Shown: positions 11,935 to 30,404, counted from the stretch's first letter. The stretch is DNA of 64,000 bases from Octopus vulgaris (GCA_951406725.2 OX597817.1:77996001-78060000); one strand, 5' to 3'. Made by a program: numbers and translations. The notes: generated from the sequence alone by a model not told the origin.

Positions 11935-12160
11935 TATTTATGTGTATGTGTCTTTGCATCTGTATTTACTCCCAACCCCCATTGCTTAACAAATGATGCT
12001 GGTGTGTTTGTGTTCCTGTAACTTAACGGCTCAGCAAAAGACACCAATAGAATGCATTAGACTTATAAAGAATAAGTTCTGGGGTCGATTTCTGCAACTA
12101 AAACTCTTTGATGGCAGTGCTCCAGCAAAAGATTGAAACAAGTAAGAGAAGAAAAGAATA
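11935..12160 (+). mobile_element. SINE A tail remnant
   Basis: gatgctggtgtgtttg..aagaataagttctggggtcgattt..gaaacaagtaagag. Confidence 0.7.
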
Positions 12161-12308
12161 TACGAAAAATTTAATTGTCACTAAGTGTGACTAAAGGTGC
12201 TAAAGTACTTACACTGCTAGAAATAAGAGTTAAAAAAATTCAATGTGAGAAGACCACAATATACATATACATTGACAGGGGAGTTAACCACCCCATGACC
12301 GTCTCTAG

Positions 12309-12363
12309 AATCATCCGATTAGGCCTAGTTTCGCTTATTTTGTAGGGATCATCAGTAATGACT
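12309..12363 (-). ncRNA. Candidate minimal type I hammerhead ribozyme (degenerate)
   Basis: Minus strand agtcatta-CTGATGA-tccctacaaaataagc-GAAA-ctaggcctaa-TC-ggatgatt: intact core boxes, helix I pairs 7/8 with G-U, palindromic helix III; helix II weak. Confidence 0.5.
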
Positions 12364-12606
12364 GCTCAGATGGTTGATGGTTTGGCAAATCTCTTCTGCC
12401 ATTATATTTATTTTACCATAAATATTTATGGCTGATTTAGCGAAAGACTAATGCGCATACTAAAAAATTAATACAAACAGCTTAGTGCATTGTAATACCA
12501 TATATATATATATATGTATATATATGTATATATACATATATACATATATGTATCATACATACAAGCACTCACACATGCACACATTTACACATATTGTGTA
12601 TGTATA

Positions 12607-12652
<46 letters not shown>

Positions 12653-12654
<2 letters not shown>

Positions 12655-12879
12655 TGGGGGTGGGGTGTTGAAAAAGTATCCTGGCTTTGGGTAAAAGAAA
12701 ATATAGGATGATCAGTTAATTATGATTTTATTCAACATATTCCCTTCTCAGATTTATACGCTTAATTGCAGTGGTCCTTCAGTTTTTCTAAGCCCTGGAA
12801 AAGAACTCGGAAAGTTGGGCCTTCAACCAGGCATTTCATGATACCCTTAAAACCAGGAACTTTTCAATACCCCCTCATA
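12653..12879. mobile_element. Mariner-type MITE (about 220 bp)
   Basis: TIRs ggggtgttgaaaaagtatcctggctt / aaaccaggaacttttcaatacccc, TA-flanked; sister copies at 18464 and 53787. Confidence 0.85.
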
Positions 12880-13334
12880 TGTGTGTGTGTGTATATATAT
12901 ATATATGTGTGTGTGTGTTTGGGCATGTGTCTGTGGTATGTATAAAACACATGGAAAGTGGTATGGTTCCTCTCAATCTGATTGAGTGTCTATTGTTTTG
13001 AGACAGATCAGATTCACTCTGACCACTGTTTCCAATCAATTTCTTCAATGCAGCAAAAATAGAATTCCAAAAAGAAAAAAACAAAAACAAATCTAATATA
13101 AATAAATAGTTATGGGAGTAATAACAATGATAATGATGTTATATACATACATACATATATGTGTATGCATGTATATATATATATATATTTGTATGTATTT
13201 ACATATACATACTTGTGAGAGTGAGTGTATATAGGTAAATATATATATGTGCGTGTGTGTGTATATATACACACACAATCACATATGTATAAAGCAAATA
13301 TTGACCATCATAGGATAGTAGCTGTAGCAGCAGA

Positions 13335-13405
<71 letters not shown>

Positions 13406-13439
13406 CATTATCATTAGTAGTAGTAGTAGTAGTAGCAGT

Positions 13440-14575
13440 AATAATCACTGCACAAGTATAGAATCTCAGAACTATATCCTGTTACCATCATTTCATCGGC
13501 AAGGATGGTACAGACAATGCTGGATCTGTAGAAAGTATGAAGTTGTCATTGACTACGTTGTCTTTGGGTGCCAAGAATTGGTGAAGACTGAGTATTTTAC
13601 TTGGTATAACAAGCACTGGAAATTATACAGGTATTACGAGAACAAGATGGCTGGATATTGGTATAATTTTCAAACAAACATAATCACTGAGAACAACAGT
13701 TTTACCATCCTCTGGGACATACCCATTCACATGGATTGAGAGATAAAAGCTAACAAGCTTGACATTGTTATCTAAGACAGGAAGAATAGAAGGTGCATAC
13801 TTATCAATATTGATATACTTGTATGTGAGTTACAGAGAAGCTGACCAAATACAGAGAATTACAGATTGAAAATCTACACAGTTAAATGAAACAAAATCCT
13901 GAAGAATCGGGATCTGTCAGTGAAGTATCTCTTCCAGCCTGTGATGTTCAAGATGTTTGGAGGGGATGGGCCACTAACTGCAAAGATTTTTGCCACTGTT
14001 AGTGGCTTGCCTTATCGAGGTGACAGGTGATACCCATGTAGGTGCTTGGTTGCTCCAACACCTTAGTCTCACGATTGCCTGTGGTAATGCTGCAAGCATG
14101 TTGGCTTGTTTCAGTAGGTTCTGTTGAACCTTGTGGTGTGCAACCACTTGAGGCACTTGGTGTTGCACTGATGTTTTGTTCCTCCTTTCTTTTTTTGTTT
14201 GTTTTTTCTTTCTTTTTCTTTCCTTGTTCCTCTTTTTCCACTTTTATTTTGGATATTGAATAAATTGATATATACATACAGCAACATTGTATGATTAATA
14301 ACATATTTAAAGAACTTTAAATTTACAGAATAAAAAATAAATTCCGAAAATGAAGACCAAAATAGTTCCAGTAGTCATTGAGGCTCTAAGAATCATGAAG
14401 AAAGGAAAGAAATGGAGATGTTCCTCTATGGTGTCTCAGGCAACAACAATATCTATGGAGTCTGAAGATTGCCCTCCTTCTTACACTACAAGGAGCATTA
14501 CCATTCAAATGACATTTTTTCTACAGCACCTCTGGCTCATTGATTGGAACCTGGCCCTACAATATAAAAACAAGA
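13440..14575 (+). mobile_element. Degenerate R4/Dong-clade non-LTR retrotransposon 3' region, interrupted at about 13870-14330
   Basis: Zn-knuckle-like CWICRKYEVVIDYVVFGCQELVKTEY; TILWDIPIHMD*EIKANKLDIV; EKLTKYRELQIE; resumes as MKTKIVPVVIEALRIMKKG. Confidence 0.8.
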
Positions 14576-14577
14576 TG

Positions 14578-15000
14578 TCATCATCATCATCATCATCATC
14601 ATTTAACGTCTGTTTTCCATGCTGGCATGGATTACATGGTTTGATTGAAAAATGGTAAGCTGGGGAGCTGCACCAGGTTCTGATTTGGCATGGTTTCTGT
14701 GGCTGGATGCGATTCCTATGGCCAACCACTCCAAGTGTGTAGTGGGTGCTTTTTATATGCCACTGGCATGGATGCCAGCTGTGTGACATTGGCATTAGCC
14801 ACGATTATAATCTCACTTGGCTTGATGAGTCTTCTCAAGCATGGTATATCACCAAAGGTCTCGGTCACTTGTCAATGCCTCCGTGAGGCCCAAAGTTTTA
14901 TGCTACTAGCACAGGTGTCTGTCACACGGCACTGGAATGAGCCACAACTACGATTTCACTTGGCTTGATGAGAGTTCTCAACCACAGCATATCACCCAAT
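14578..15000 (-). mobile_element. Family D element
   Basis: (cat)n ttaacgtctgttttccatgctggcatggg.. then gtagtgggtgctttttatatgccac modules. Confidence 0.8.
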
Positions 15001-16151
15001 GTTCAAAATATTAAATACCTCTGTAGACATGAATCCATAGTAAGACATTTTTTGAAAACGATGGAATAGAGGTGGCTGTTTGAAGGACAGATTTATCTTC
15101 AATTTTCAATACTTTACTTATTTTAATAGATTAAGTTTCTTGATATATATTAATCTATCTACATCATCCCAATAAAAAAAATATGGATGAAAAAACACTA
15201 AGAATAAATAACAAAAAAAGAGATAAAAAAGAGATAAAAACAAAGAGAAAGAAATTAAGGAAAATACAAATGGATTGAAATGGTTTATGTTTTGCCGATA
15301 ATTGGAGAGAAGCCATTGTATCGCTTATGTAATCCATTCTCTTGAGAAGTGTTCGTTTTACTTGTCTGGATAGATAGTTAGATAGATGAGTGGATAGCTG
15401 GAGAAGGAAAATAGAAAAATAAGAAGAAAAATACAAATATGATATCCAAAACGTAATAGTAATAATAATCATTGTATTGCTGTACTAAACAGACTATCGG
15501 ATGTTATTATACACTACTGGAAAAGGAGGGGGAGAAGGAGGAGGAGAAAGATAACTATATTTCACTTTATTTGGACAACAATAGTCAGGCAGTGATGCGC
15601 TTCTTTGTATTGTTGCTGGCTAGGTGAACAGGCCTATGGCACATAAGTGATCGGGATTATGATATTCCCCCTGTAAAGGATACTAGTCTATTGCAGAGTC
15701 ACTCCTTTAATGCTGAGTGGACTGGAGCAGCAATGTGAAGTGAAGTGTTTTGTTTAAGAGCACAATGCATGCACCTACCATGGTGCATCGATGGCAGATA
15801 TGAGAGGATTTTCAGGGTAAGGGCCTTTCAGTGGAAATAAAAGGGCAAGGGATGATGTTAGGGTGTAGTATTAAGAGCAAAGGGGTGTGGTTCCATAGAG
15901 AGGGACATATCTGGTAACTCAAAAGGGGCGAATGAAATACATGCAGTTCTACTCTTATACAAATTACAGCAGCTGAAGGAAAGTGCCGTAGTTAGAGGCG
16001 TACAGGAGGGATGGGTGTCATGAGGAAGGCTTGACTGGTACAGATTAGCTGCAGGGCATCGACATTACTAATAAGAACATGAATTTTGATCCAGTTTCTA
16101 GGAGTGATAAATGTTGATTTAGATAAAAATTTGATTAATTGAATATGGTCA

Positions 16152-16380
16152 GGCAGCGAGCTGGCAGAAATGTTAGCATGCCGGGCGAAATGCTTAGTGG
16201 TATTTCATCTGCTGTTACGTTATGAGTTCAAATTCTGTCGAGGTCGACTTTACCGTTCATTCTTTCGGGGTCGATAAATTAAGTACCAGTTACACACTGG
16301 AGTCGTTGTAATCGACTTAATCCCTTTGTCTGTCCTTGTTTGTCCCTATATGTTTAGCCCTTTGTGGACAATAAAGAAAT
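16152..16380 (+). mobile_element. Full-length SINE B
   Basis: ggcagcgagctggcagaaatgttagc..gaggtcgactttaccgttcattctttcggggtcgataaattaagtaccag; near-TSD aatat(g/a)gtca. Confidence 0.88.
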
Positions 16381-17029
16381 ATGAAATATAGTCATGTGTC
16401 TACAATAACTAAAAGAAGTTCTGGAAAACCAGTACAACCTTATTATTTTTCCACAAAGCACAATATAAAGATAAACCCTTCAATGAATGAATGAATATGC
16501 TTTGGCGACCCTCAGTCATGACTGAGGATTGTTGAAGGGCATCAGATTCAACCACCACTCCTTGTTACATATTGTGGTCCTTTTGCAGTTGTGGAACAAT
16601 CTGCCAAGTTGCTTCCTGTCAATTCTTTTCATATTAACTTAGTTTTATCTTAGTTCTTGCTAACCATATCCTCAATATGTTCAAACAGTTTTCACTGCCT
16701 GACTATTGTTGTCCAAATTAAAATGAAATACAATTATCATCATCCTCTCCTCCTGCTCCTCGTCATTGACATCATCATTGTCATCGTCATCATCATCATC
16801 ATTATCGTCATCGTCATCATCACTACTACCACCATTATTTAACCATTACTTAAACATCTATGTTCCATGCTGACATGAATCAAGTGGCCTGACAGGATTC
16901 GATGGTGGCATGATATCTATGTCTATGGTTAGATTTTCCTCTTAGCACCAACTGCTTAACAGCATGTACTGAAGTGCACAGAGTGCTTTTTTATGGGGCC
17001 ACCAGTACTTGTGATGTTAAAAAAAACGT

Positions 17030-17280
17030 TACCTTCTCGAGTCATACTAACTCATCATGGCCGGTTTCCTAGTTTCATAGCAGATATATATATATTCCCC
17101 ACCTGGATGGAATGCAAGTCCATTGCAGGATTACTCATCTTTGCCTGTTGAGTGGATGGGAGTAACATAAAAATGAAGTGTTTTGCTCAAGAACACAATG
17201 TGTTGGCCTGTCCAGGAATTGAAACCACAATCTTATAATCTTGAGTCCAACACTCTTACCACAAAGCCACATGCCTCCAC
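17030..17280 (-). mobile_element. SINE C
   Basis: Minus strand gtggaggcatgtggctttgtggtaagagtgttggactc..tgtgttcttgagcaaaacacttcat. Confidence 0.8.
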
Positions 17281-17554
17281 TGCTTGTGATGTTGCCATGC
17301 AACATATGAGGTGAGATAGTGGGCATGATTTATTCGAGATGAGGTGATAAAATGTGAAAGAAGAGGCTAGAGCTGAAGAGATTTCTTGCTATAGAAGAGC
17401 TGCTTTCCAGAAACCATTTCTCGCCAGAAAACTGACTTGCGCTGGAAATTACATAGCTCAAACAGGAACTGAACCTCATTAAAAAGGTAAAATCAGAAAA
17501 AAAAAGACAAAAAACTACAAGGTTTAAAACAAAAGAAACACATTTGTTTCATTA

Positions 17555-18436
17555 GATGCAGACATGATTGTGTGGTTAAGAAGCTTGCTTTGCAATGATG
17601 TGGTTTCGGTTTCAGTCCCACTGTGCAACACCTTGGGCAAGTATTTTATACTATAGCTCCAGAATGACTGATGCCTCGTGAGTGAACTTGATGGACAGAA
17701 ATTGTGTGGAAGCTCATCACACACACACACACACACACTCTCTCTCTCACATTGGTTTATCTATATATCTCTCTATTTATCCCTTCCTAATACCAACCAC
17801 TCCAAGGGTGTAATAGGTGCTTTTATGTGCCACTGGCATGGCTGCCGTTTGTGTGACACCAGTATCTGCCACAAATACAATTTCACTTGACTTGGTGGGT
17901 CTTCTTCTCAAGCACAACATGATGCAAAAGGTCTCGGTCATTCATCATTGCCTCCATGAAGTGCAACACTCAAAAGTTGCTTTTCACATGCCACCAGCAT
18001 AGGCCACCTTGATTCCATGAGGTCCAGTGCTTGAAAGGTACTTTTTACATACCAACTGACACCAGCATCGGTCACAACTACGATTTCACTTGGCTTGATG
18101 GTTTTCTCAAGCACAATACATCAGCAATACATCATCATCATCATCATCGTCGTTTAATGTCCACTTTTTATGACTGAGGACTGGTGAATCAGATGGCTGC
18201 ACCAGGCTCCAATCTTGATTTGGCAGAGTTTCTACAGCTGGATGCCCTTCCTAACGCCAACCACTCTGAGAGTGTTGTGGGTGCTTTTACGTGCCACCAG
18301 CACGGGAGCCAGTCAGGTGGTACTGGCAACGGCCACAAAAAAATCGTATTTTTTGTTTTTTATGTGTCACCTGCACACTGGCACTAGTGCCAGCAAGTAA
18401 CAACGCTAGTAACAATCACACTCGAATGGTGCTTTT
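17555..18436. mobile_element. SINE A head (+, 17555-17720) followed by two family D elements (-, about 17780-18125 and 18130-18436)
   Basis: ccttgggcaagt head; reverse-complement D modules and terminus (catcatcgtcgtttaatgtccac). Confidence 0.75.
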
Positions 18437-18463
18437 ATATATATATACATATATATACACACA

Positions 18464-18662
18464 TGCAAAAGGGTACTGAAAAGTTCCTTTTTGTGATACC
18501 CTTAAGGGTATCACAAAAGGCCTGGTTGAAGGCCCAGACTTCTGAGCTCTTTTACAGGCCTTAGAAAAACCGAAAAGGGATGTAATCTATAAAATCATAA
18601 TTAACAGATCCGCCTGTATTTTCTGTTACCTAAAGCCAGGAACTTTTCAGCACCACCTCATA
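18464..18662. mobile_element. Mariner-type MITE with an internal 30-bp perfect palindrome
   Basis: gggtactgaaaagttcc..aaagccaggaacttttcagcaccacctca-ta; same family as 12653 and 53787. Confidence 0.85.
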
Positions 18663-19055
18663 TGTAAGAATTGAAAGTTTGAAAAATCAAATCACATTCA
18701 TGAGTTTAGCATGTGGGGAAAAAATACTTGTGAAAAGATGAAAACCATGTGCAAAAGAGGCATAAAATTCCTGATTTTTTTTTATTTAAAATAAAGCAAA
18801 AAGCAAATTTAAAAAATACAATGTAAAGCAACCTTTTATTTTTATTTAGGCTTCTTTTAAAAAAAAAATAATTATTATTATTCATTTAATTTATAGATTT
18901 CTTTCAGTTAAACAAGCATTTAACATTTAATGTTAAAAGCCAAATAACATTTTAAACTTAACAAATTTATTACTCTTATAAGCCATTAAAATGAAATGTA
19001 AAATAAATATATTGGAGAAATGAAACAAAATCAACAAAAAAAAAACAATAATGAT

Positions 19056-19087
<32 letters not shown>

Positions 19088-19179
19088 TAATAAAACATGA
19101 GTTAATTAATTTTTAATATCCATAAATTTTCATATACTTATTTTTCATTTTTATTCTGAAATTTCTATGTATGTATTGT

Positions 19180-24335
<5,156 letters not shown>

Positions 24336-24836
24336 TCATTTAGAAACACGCACAAGTCCCACCCGTAAAAAAATATATACTTCTCTTACTATGTAAAACA
24401 AAAAAGGATCTGCATAGTGATTTTTGTTTTTTTGTTATTGTTTTATAAGGCTGATGAAGACAGGCTGAAATATTTAGGGTTGTTGTCCTTACTGTAATGT
24501 AACTAGTTTGGAGTTCAAATCCTTCCAGGTTCAACCTTGTTTTTCATCTCTTCCCTGTTTGATTGTTTACCTATAATTTACCAATTCTATCTTTTGTATC
24601 ATAACCTACCATCAATTAAAAAAATTTTTTTTTTCAGGACTATGTCTTGCTCGTTTGTTTATCCATACTTTAACATCTATTTTCCCCTGTTTGTACGGGT
24701 TAGAACAAAGAGTTGTCTGAAGCAGGATTTTATGGTCAGATGTCCTTCCAGTTGCAAATGTCTACTGAAAGAGATTTCTTTATTCCACCCATCTGTGAAT
24801 GCACACACACACACATGCATGCACACACATATATAT

Positions 24837-25142
24837 AGTGAAAGTACATGGCTTAGTGGTTAGGGTGTTACACTCACGATTGCGAGATCATGGGTTTGAT
24901 TCTCAAACCGAGCATTGCATTATGTTCTTGAGCAAAGCACTTCATTTCACATTGCTCTGTGATCATTTCATCATCTTGCATCTCACATTTAACTCTAACC
25001 CTAACCCTATGCCGATTTGATGGAGGGAGTGAGCTTATGTCTACACAAACACTTCATCACTATAAACAAATCATCTGTGTGGTTGTTCAGTAAGAAATTG
25101 TCAAACCATCATATGTCATCTAACAATGGGAGAGTCCATCAT
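24837..25142 (+). mobile_element. SINE C with a variant tail
   Basis: catggcttagtggttagggtgttacactcacgattgcgagatcatgggtttgattc..tgttcttgagcaaagcacttcatttc. Confidence 0.8.
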
Positions 25143-25166
25143 TACATATATATATATATATATACA

Positions 25167-25965
25167 TATTGGATCATCTCATAAATAATGTGGTTTTTTT
25201 CACTTGCATGAACTAAAAGTCAGAGGGGGATAAACTACCTTTATCAATTTGCTATATAAACAGGTATTCTTAGTGCATGTTTTGAAGATTTTAACAGTTA
25301 TTTTTCCAAAGCTATAATGGAAGTGACAAAGGAGCGTATTTGGCATATTTTGCTTTACGAGTTCAATAAAGGTAACAATGCAACAGAAAGTGAGAGGAAT
25401 ATTAATGCAGTATATGGGGATTGGACAATAAGTGTAAGGCAGTATCAACAGTGGTTCCAGAAATTCCAAGCCAGAAACAGCAGCCTGGAAGATTTGCAGA
25501 GCTTGACAAGGACATCCTGAAAACCCTAGTGGAGCAAAAAACCCATCGTAACTTTTGAGGAAATAGTAAAGAGGCTTGGATTTGGTCTTCAGCCATTTAT
25601 TAACAACTGTGCTAGAAGGAAAACGACCATCTTTGGTTAAAAATGAAAAGTGTTCTTTCATCAGGATAATACTTGGCCACATTCAGCAAGAATGGCATTC
25701 CAAAGGATGGAGCAGTTTGAATAGGAAATGATGCCCCATCCACCATATTCACCAGACATTGCTCCAAATGATTATCATTTATTCTGTAGTCTTCAAAATC
25801 ATTTGGATGGAAAAATCATGAATTATGTAGATGAGGTCAGAACAGTACTGGAGAAGTACTTCTCATCATGGACAAGTGAGTTTCGGAAGAGGGATCTTGC
25901 AAGTCGACCAGATAGATGCAGGAGCATTGTAGAAAATGAAGGAGAGTATATTTTAGATTAAAAAA
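25167..25965 (+). mobile_element. Internally deleted mariner element
   Basis: TA plus TIR-like ttggatcatctcataaataatg; MEVTKERIWHILLYEFNKGNNATE..WFQKFQARNSSLED; FHQDN; PHPPYSPDIAPNDYHLFCSLQNHL. Confidence 0.9.
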
Positions 25966-26003
25966 AGTTTATAGATGAGAGACAGATATTCTCCATATAT
26001 ATG

Positions 26004-26050
<47 letters not shown>

Positions 26051-26549
26051 TGGTCAGTTTTTTGCGACTCAAGATGAATTCAGTGACAAAAGTTGAACAA
26101 GCAATTAGATAAAACATGTAATCATTTATAAAAGACATTACATAAATAGATTTTGCAAAGAATATGTACTGTCATATGCATCTTTACAGCTGTTTCAAAG
26201 ATTTTGCAACTGCTTGAAGCATATGTACTGTATATTATGCAAACAGGAGTACATCCTGATACAGTAATGCCCATGGAAAAGTAGAAATTGTTATCAATAC
26301 ACAAATATGCAAAGTTAATTTGTCAAGCTAGAAGAAGCGCAATAAAAGTCACTTGCTCATAGAGTTACATGATGGAATTGAACTCCAAGCCCCATTGTTG
26401 TGAGGCCAAACTTCTTAACCATATATCTATTCCTGCACTGTAAGCAACAATTGCTAAAATACTTAAAATATCTGTCAAAGTAAATTGTGGTTTAGTGACA
26501 TGAATAGTCAATCAGACTATAAAATAAGCTATAATAGGCTTTGGCTGGT

Positions 26550-26790
26550 GGAGAAGCAACATTATAAACTGTTACAAAGGCACCAAAGAGAGGAAACTTC
26601 AGAAGGGTTATAAGGTGAAACCAGGTCGTGAAATTTATTCAAAGAATTATTGCAAAATTGATTAGGAACAGGATTAGCCCTGATGAGATGCAGTTTGGAT
26701 TTGTACCTGGAAGAGGAACAACTGATGTCATCTTCTGAGTGAGACAACCACAAGAGAAATACTTGGCTAGAAATAAACCTCTATGCACAG
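26550..26790 (+). mobile_element. RTE reverse-transcriptase fragment
   Basis: QVVKFIQRIIAKLIRNRISPDEMQFGFVPGRGTTDVIF*VRQPQEKYLARNKPL. Confidence 0.85.
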
Positions 26791-27054
26791 TCACACACAC
26801 ATACATACACATGCAAACATATTCAGCCATATGTATCCTTATTATAATCGTTTTAATAAATGCCTTTCCAGGTTTGCATTGATATAGAGTTTTTTTTTTT
26901 ATGGCTGGTTATCCTTTCTGAAACCACCTTCCACCAGTTTCCAAGCAGATAATAATACTGCTCCATTGTAGTGAACATGAACAGCCTGGACATACTTTCA
27001 TGGTGGACTTTGAGCAAGTGACACCATTTGCATAAACAACAAAGATTTTGTTTA

Positions 27055-27214
27055 CAGTCTGTACATGACTGTGTGGTAAGATGTTTGCTTTCCAACTACA
27101 TGGTTCCAGTTTCAGTCCCACTGTGTTGCACCTTGGGTACGTATCTTATACTACAGCCTCTGGCCAACCAAAACCTTTTGAGTGGATTTGGAAGACAGAA
27201 CTGCAAAGAAGCCC

Positions 27215-27247
<33 letters not shown>
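27055..27247 (+). mobile_element. SINE A head with (TG)n
   Basis: tgactgtgtggtaag..ttcagtcccactg..ccttgggtacg..gagtggatttgg. Confidence 0.75.
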
Positions 27248-27249
<2 letters not shown>

Positions 27250-27251
<2 letters not shown>

Positions 27252-27780
27252 AACCATCCATCATGTTTGAGAAGGCTGTGAAACTAACAGGAGTTTGTTA
27301 TATTAAGGTTTTCAAAGATTTGAAGACCTGGATTCTTTCCAAATATTCTGAGGCTACAGACAAAGGAAGCCCCAACAAGATCGCTAAGAGCAGCAAGTTT
27401 GCATTCTAGTAAGATACAGCTCCTTGTCACACAAGTACAGTGGCTCAAAAATATTTCAGGGATGAGTTTGGGAACAGGTTTTGGGATAAGGACATTTGGT
27501 CCCTTTCATCACCTGATTTGAAACCTTTAGACTTCAGCAACTGGTCAGAAAAACTTGTGAGAAGTCACACAATAACCTGCAAACCCTCAAAAACTCCATC
27601 TGTAGGATGTGGGAGGAGGACATTGATGAAGAATTCATTAAGAAAGCTTGTAGTGCAGTCAGGAAGAGGGTCGAGGAAATCTTTGCCCAAAGAGGAGCAA
27701 CTCTTGATGCCTAGCATTTAGAATTTCTGCCAGGATTGTCTTTGGCACTTTGAAATAAAACTTTAAGCTTCTATCTGAAT
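27250..27780 (+). mobile_element. Tc1/mariner-superfamily (maT/DD37D-like) transposase remnant
   Basis: KFAF*QDTAPCHTSTVAQKYF..RFWDKDIWSLSSPDLKPLDFSNW, matching QQDxAPxH..WPPxSPDLNPLDF. Confidence 0.75.
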
Positions 27781-28139
27781 TTTATTTCAATCCTTTATAA
27801 GCTATGGTTAATTATTTATGAAAATGTAATTGGCATCCATGATCAACTTCACCTTGATTCTTCTGCTGAGAATGGAGAGTAATCAACATTTTTCTTGCTC
27901 AAAATACAACCCAATAACATTAAAGAACCCTTTGATAATTCCACTAAGTTATCTTTCAGCATTCCTGAGATACAATGGTTTGAAGCTGAATCTAAAACCG
28001 GGACAATTTTGCTAGTACAACCAGTATGAATATATACTCACACACATTTAAACTTAGTCCAACATTACTTGAAGTTTCACTATGATTCACTGCACTTAAT
28101 TATGTGTAAGTTTTCCAAGAAATAAAACATATATATATA

Positions 28140-28495
28140 TGTTCATGGCTGTTGCCAGTCTCACCTGGCCCCCGTGCCAGTGGCACGTAAAAAGCACCAT
28201 CCGTTCGTGGCCGTTGCCAGCGCCGCCCCGTCTGGCCTCCGTGCCGGTGGCACGTAAAAGCACCATCAGTTCGTGGCCGTTTGCCAGCACCGTCTGGCAC
28301 CTGTGCGGGTGGCACGTAAAAAGCACCCACTACACTCGCGGAGTGGTTGGCGTTAGGAAGGGCATCCAGCCGTAGAAACACTGCCAGATCAGACTGGGCC
28401 TGATGCAGCCTTCTGGCTTCACAGACCCCAGTTGATCCATCCAACCCATGCTAGCATGGAAAGCGGACGCTAAATGATGCTGCTGATGATGATGA
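28140..28495 (+). mobile_element. Young family D element with three modules
   Basis: Three gtgcc(a/g)gtggcacgtaaaa(a)gcacc-type units, then gttggcgttaggaagggcatccag..(gat)n; CpGs intact. Confidence 0.9.
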
Positions 28496-28505
28496 TATAT
28501 ATATA

Positions 28506-28558
<53 letters not shown>

Positions 28559-29248
28559 GACTGAATGTTTGAGTTATCTCATTAGCTAGTAATCGAACAT
28601 TTTAATATCACATCAACTTTGTTTAGTTTTGCTTTTTTACATGCATAGTGATATCATTATTTATTTTCTATATTTGACTAAAAACCAAACAATCTCCAGA
28701 CACAATGGCTAATAGAAGGGATTCATCGCATGACTATGAGGTTAACATGCTGGTTTATATACTTACTACAATATTATAAACTTAAGCTTTGTTATATCAT
28801 GTGTACTGCATTGACTGAGCAAGGCACAGTAGGTTTCATTTCTTGTTTGACCTACCAGAATGCAGGTGCCACTTGTATTTAAGGTTGAATGAATGTCCAT
28901 AGGAAAAGAGTCTGAAGTATTGTTTATTGTTGTTTAATATTTATGTTTATGTTTAGAGTTTATTGTTGGCGTATGTGTGTGTATGTGGTTGTGGTTGAGG
29001 TATAAATGTTTATTTGCTCTCAATTTACATATAATAACCAAACCATATTTCAGTACAGACGTCTCTGTGTGAGAGTTGCTGGGAGGTTGGTTGGTTGGAT
29101 AAAATCTGAAATATTTTAGTATGCATAGAAAAAAGTAGAAAGGCATGAGGAGGAAAAGGAGGAGGGGTGATGAAGAAGAACAACAAAGGTGCAAAAAGAG
29201 TATATATGTATGTATATGCATAGATATGTCTACATAAATACATACATA

Positions 29249-29309
<61 letters not shown>

Positions 29310-29478
29310 GTATATATATGTGTATGCATGTATGTATATATATGTGTATATATTTATATGTGTGTGTATATATATATACAGTATATATATATATGCATAT
29401 ATATGTGCATATACTTATATATGCATTTATATATATACATATATATATATATATGTATACATATACACAAACTTGTGA

Positions 29479-29512
<34 letters not shown>

Positions 29513-30404
29513 CATCATCGGATGATGATATATATATATATATATATCAGTAATGTTGGCAAAAAATACAGTGGTGAAGAGATGAGGAAGAGAATGAGAA
29601 TGATAAAAGGAGATAATGATGATGATGATGATGGTGACAATGATAATGATAATGAAGAAGCAGAGGAGGAGGAGGTGGAGGGAGAGGAGAATTATGGTCA
29701 TGGCGTTGAAGAGCAAAGGAGAAAAAAAAAAGAATAGTTATAACAACCTCATGATTAACTGCTGCAGTACAAAGAAATTTATTCAGACAAATACATAACA
29801 AAAGCAGACGGACTAACAATATTTTAAACATATTCTCACACATATAATCCCATACATACACATACACACACACATATACACACATACATACATACATATA
29901 CTCACATGCATATATTGCTGAAAAGCTTTCACAAAAGAAATGATTTTACAAGACAATTGGTCTCTGCCTTTCTGATATCTATTGTTTGGGAAGCAATCGG
30001 TGTGTGTTAAGGACTTTCAGAATAATATTCTATATGAAAGCACTACATTTATTCTTCAGTCAAAGATAAAGAAGAATTGGCAGCAATCGATTAAGAAGCA
30101 AAAAGATAAAAAGACAAAGAAAATAAGGGAAAAAAATACAAAGAACATAGAAAAGAAAAAACGAAAACAATAATAATAATGATTTTTATATATTTATTTC
30201 TGATTTTTAAATGACGTTTTTGTTGTCATTTTTTTGTATTATTGGAATTTCATTTTTCATTTCATTTAATAATAATAATAGTAATAATATTTATAATAAT
30301 AAGAGTAATGAAAATATTAATAGTAATAATAATAATAATGGTATTAGTAATAGCAATAATGATGATGATGATAATAATAATAATAGTAATAACCCTTTCT
30401 ACTA

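Noticed and set aside
24451-24470. CTGATGA-ag..ct-GAAA motif
   Set aside because: Only a 2-bp helix II and no convincing helices I/III; the context is a decayed SINE B-like head.
24990-25009. Telomere-like (TAACCC) units inside a SINE C
   Set aside because: Only about three units, one imperfect; too short to call an interstitial telomere.
26680-26687. CTGATGAG hammerhead box
   Set aside because: It lies in RTE RT coding sequence (P-D-E), with no helix II or GAAA partner.
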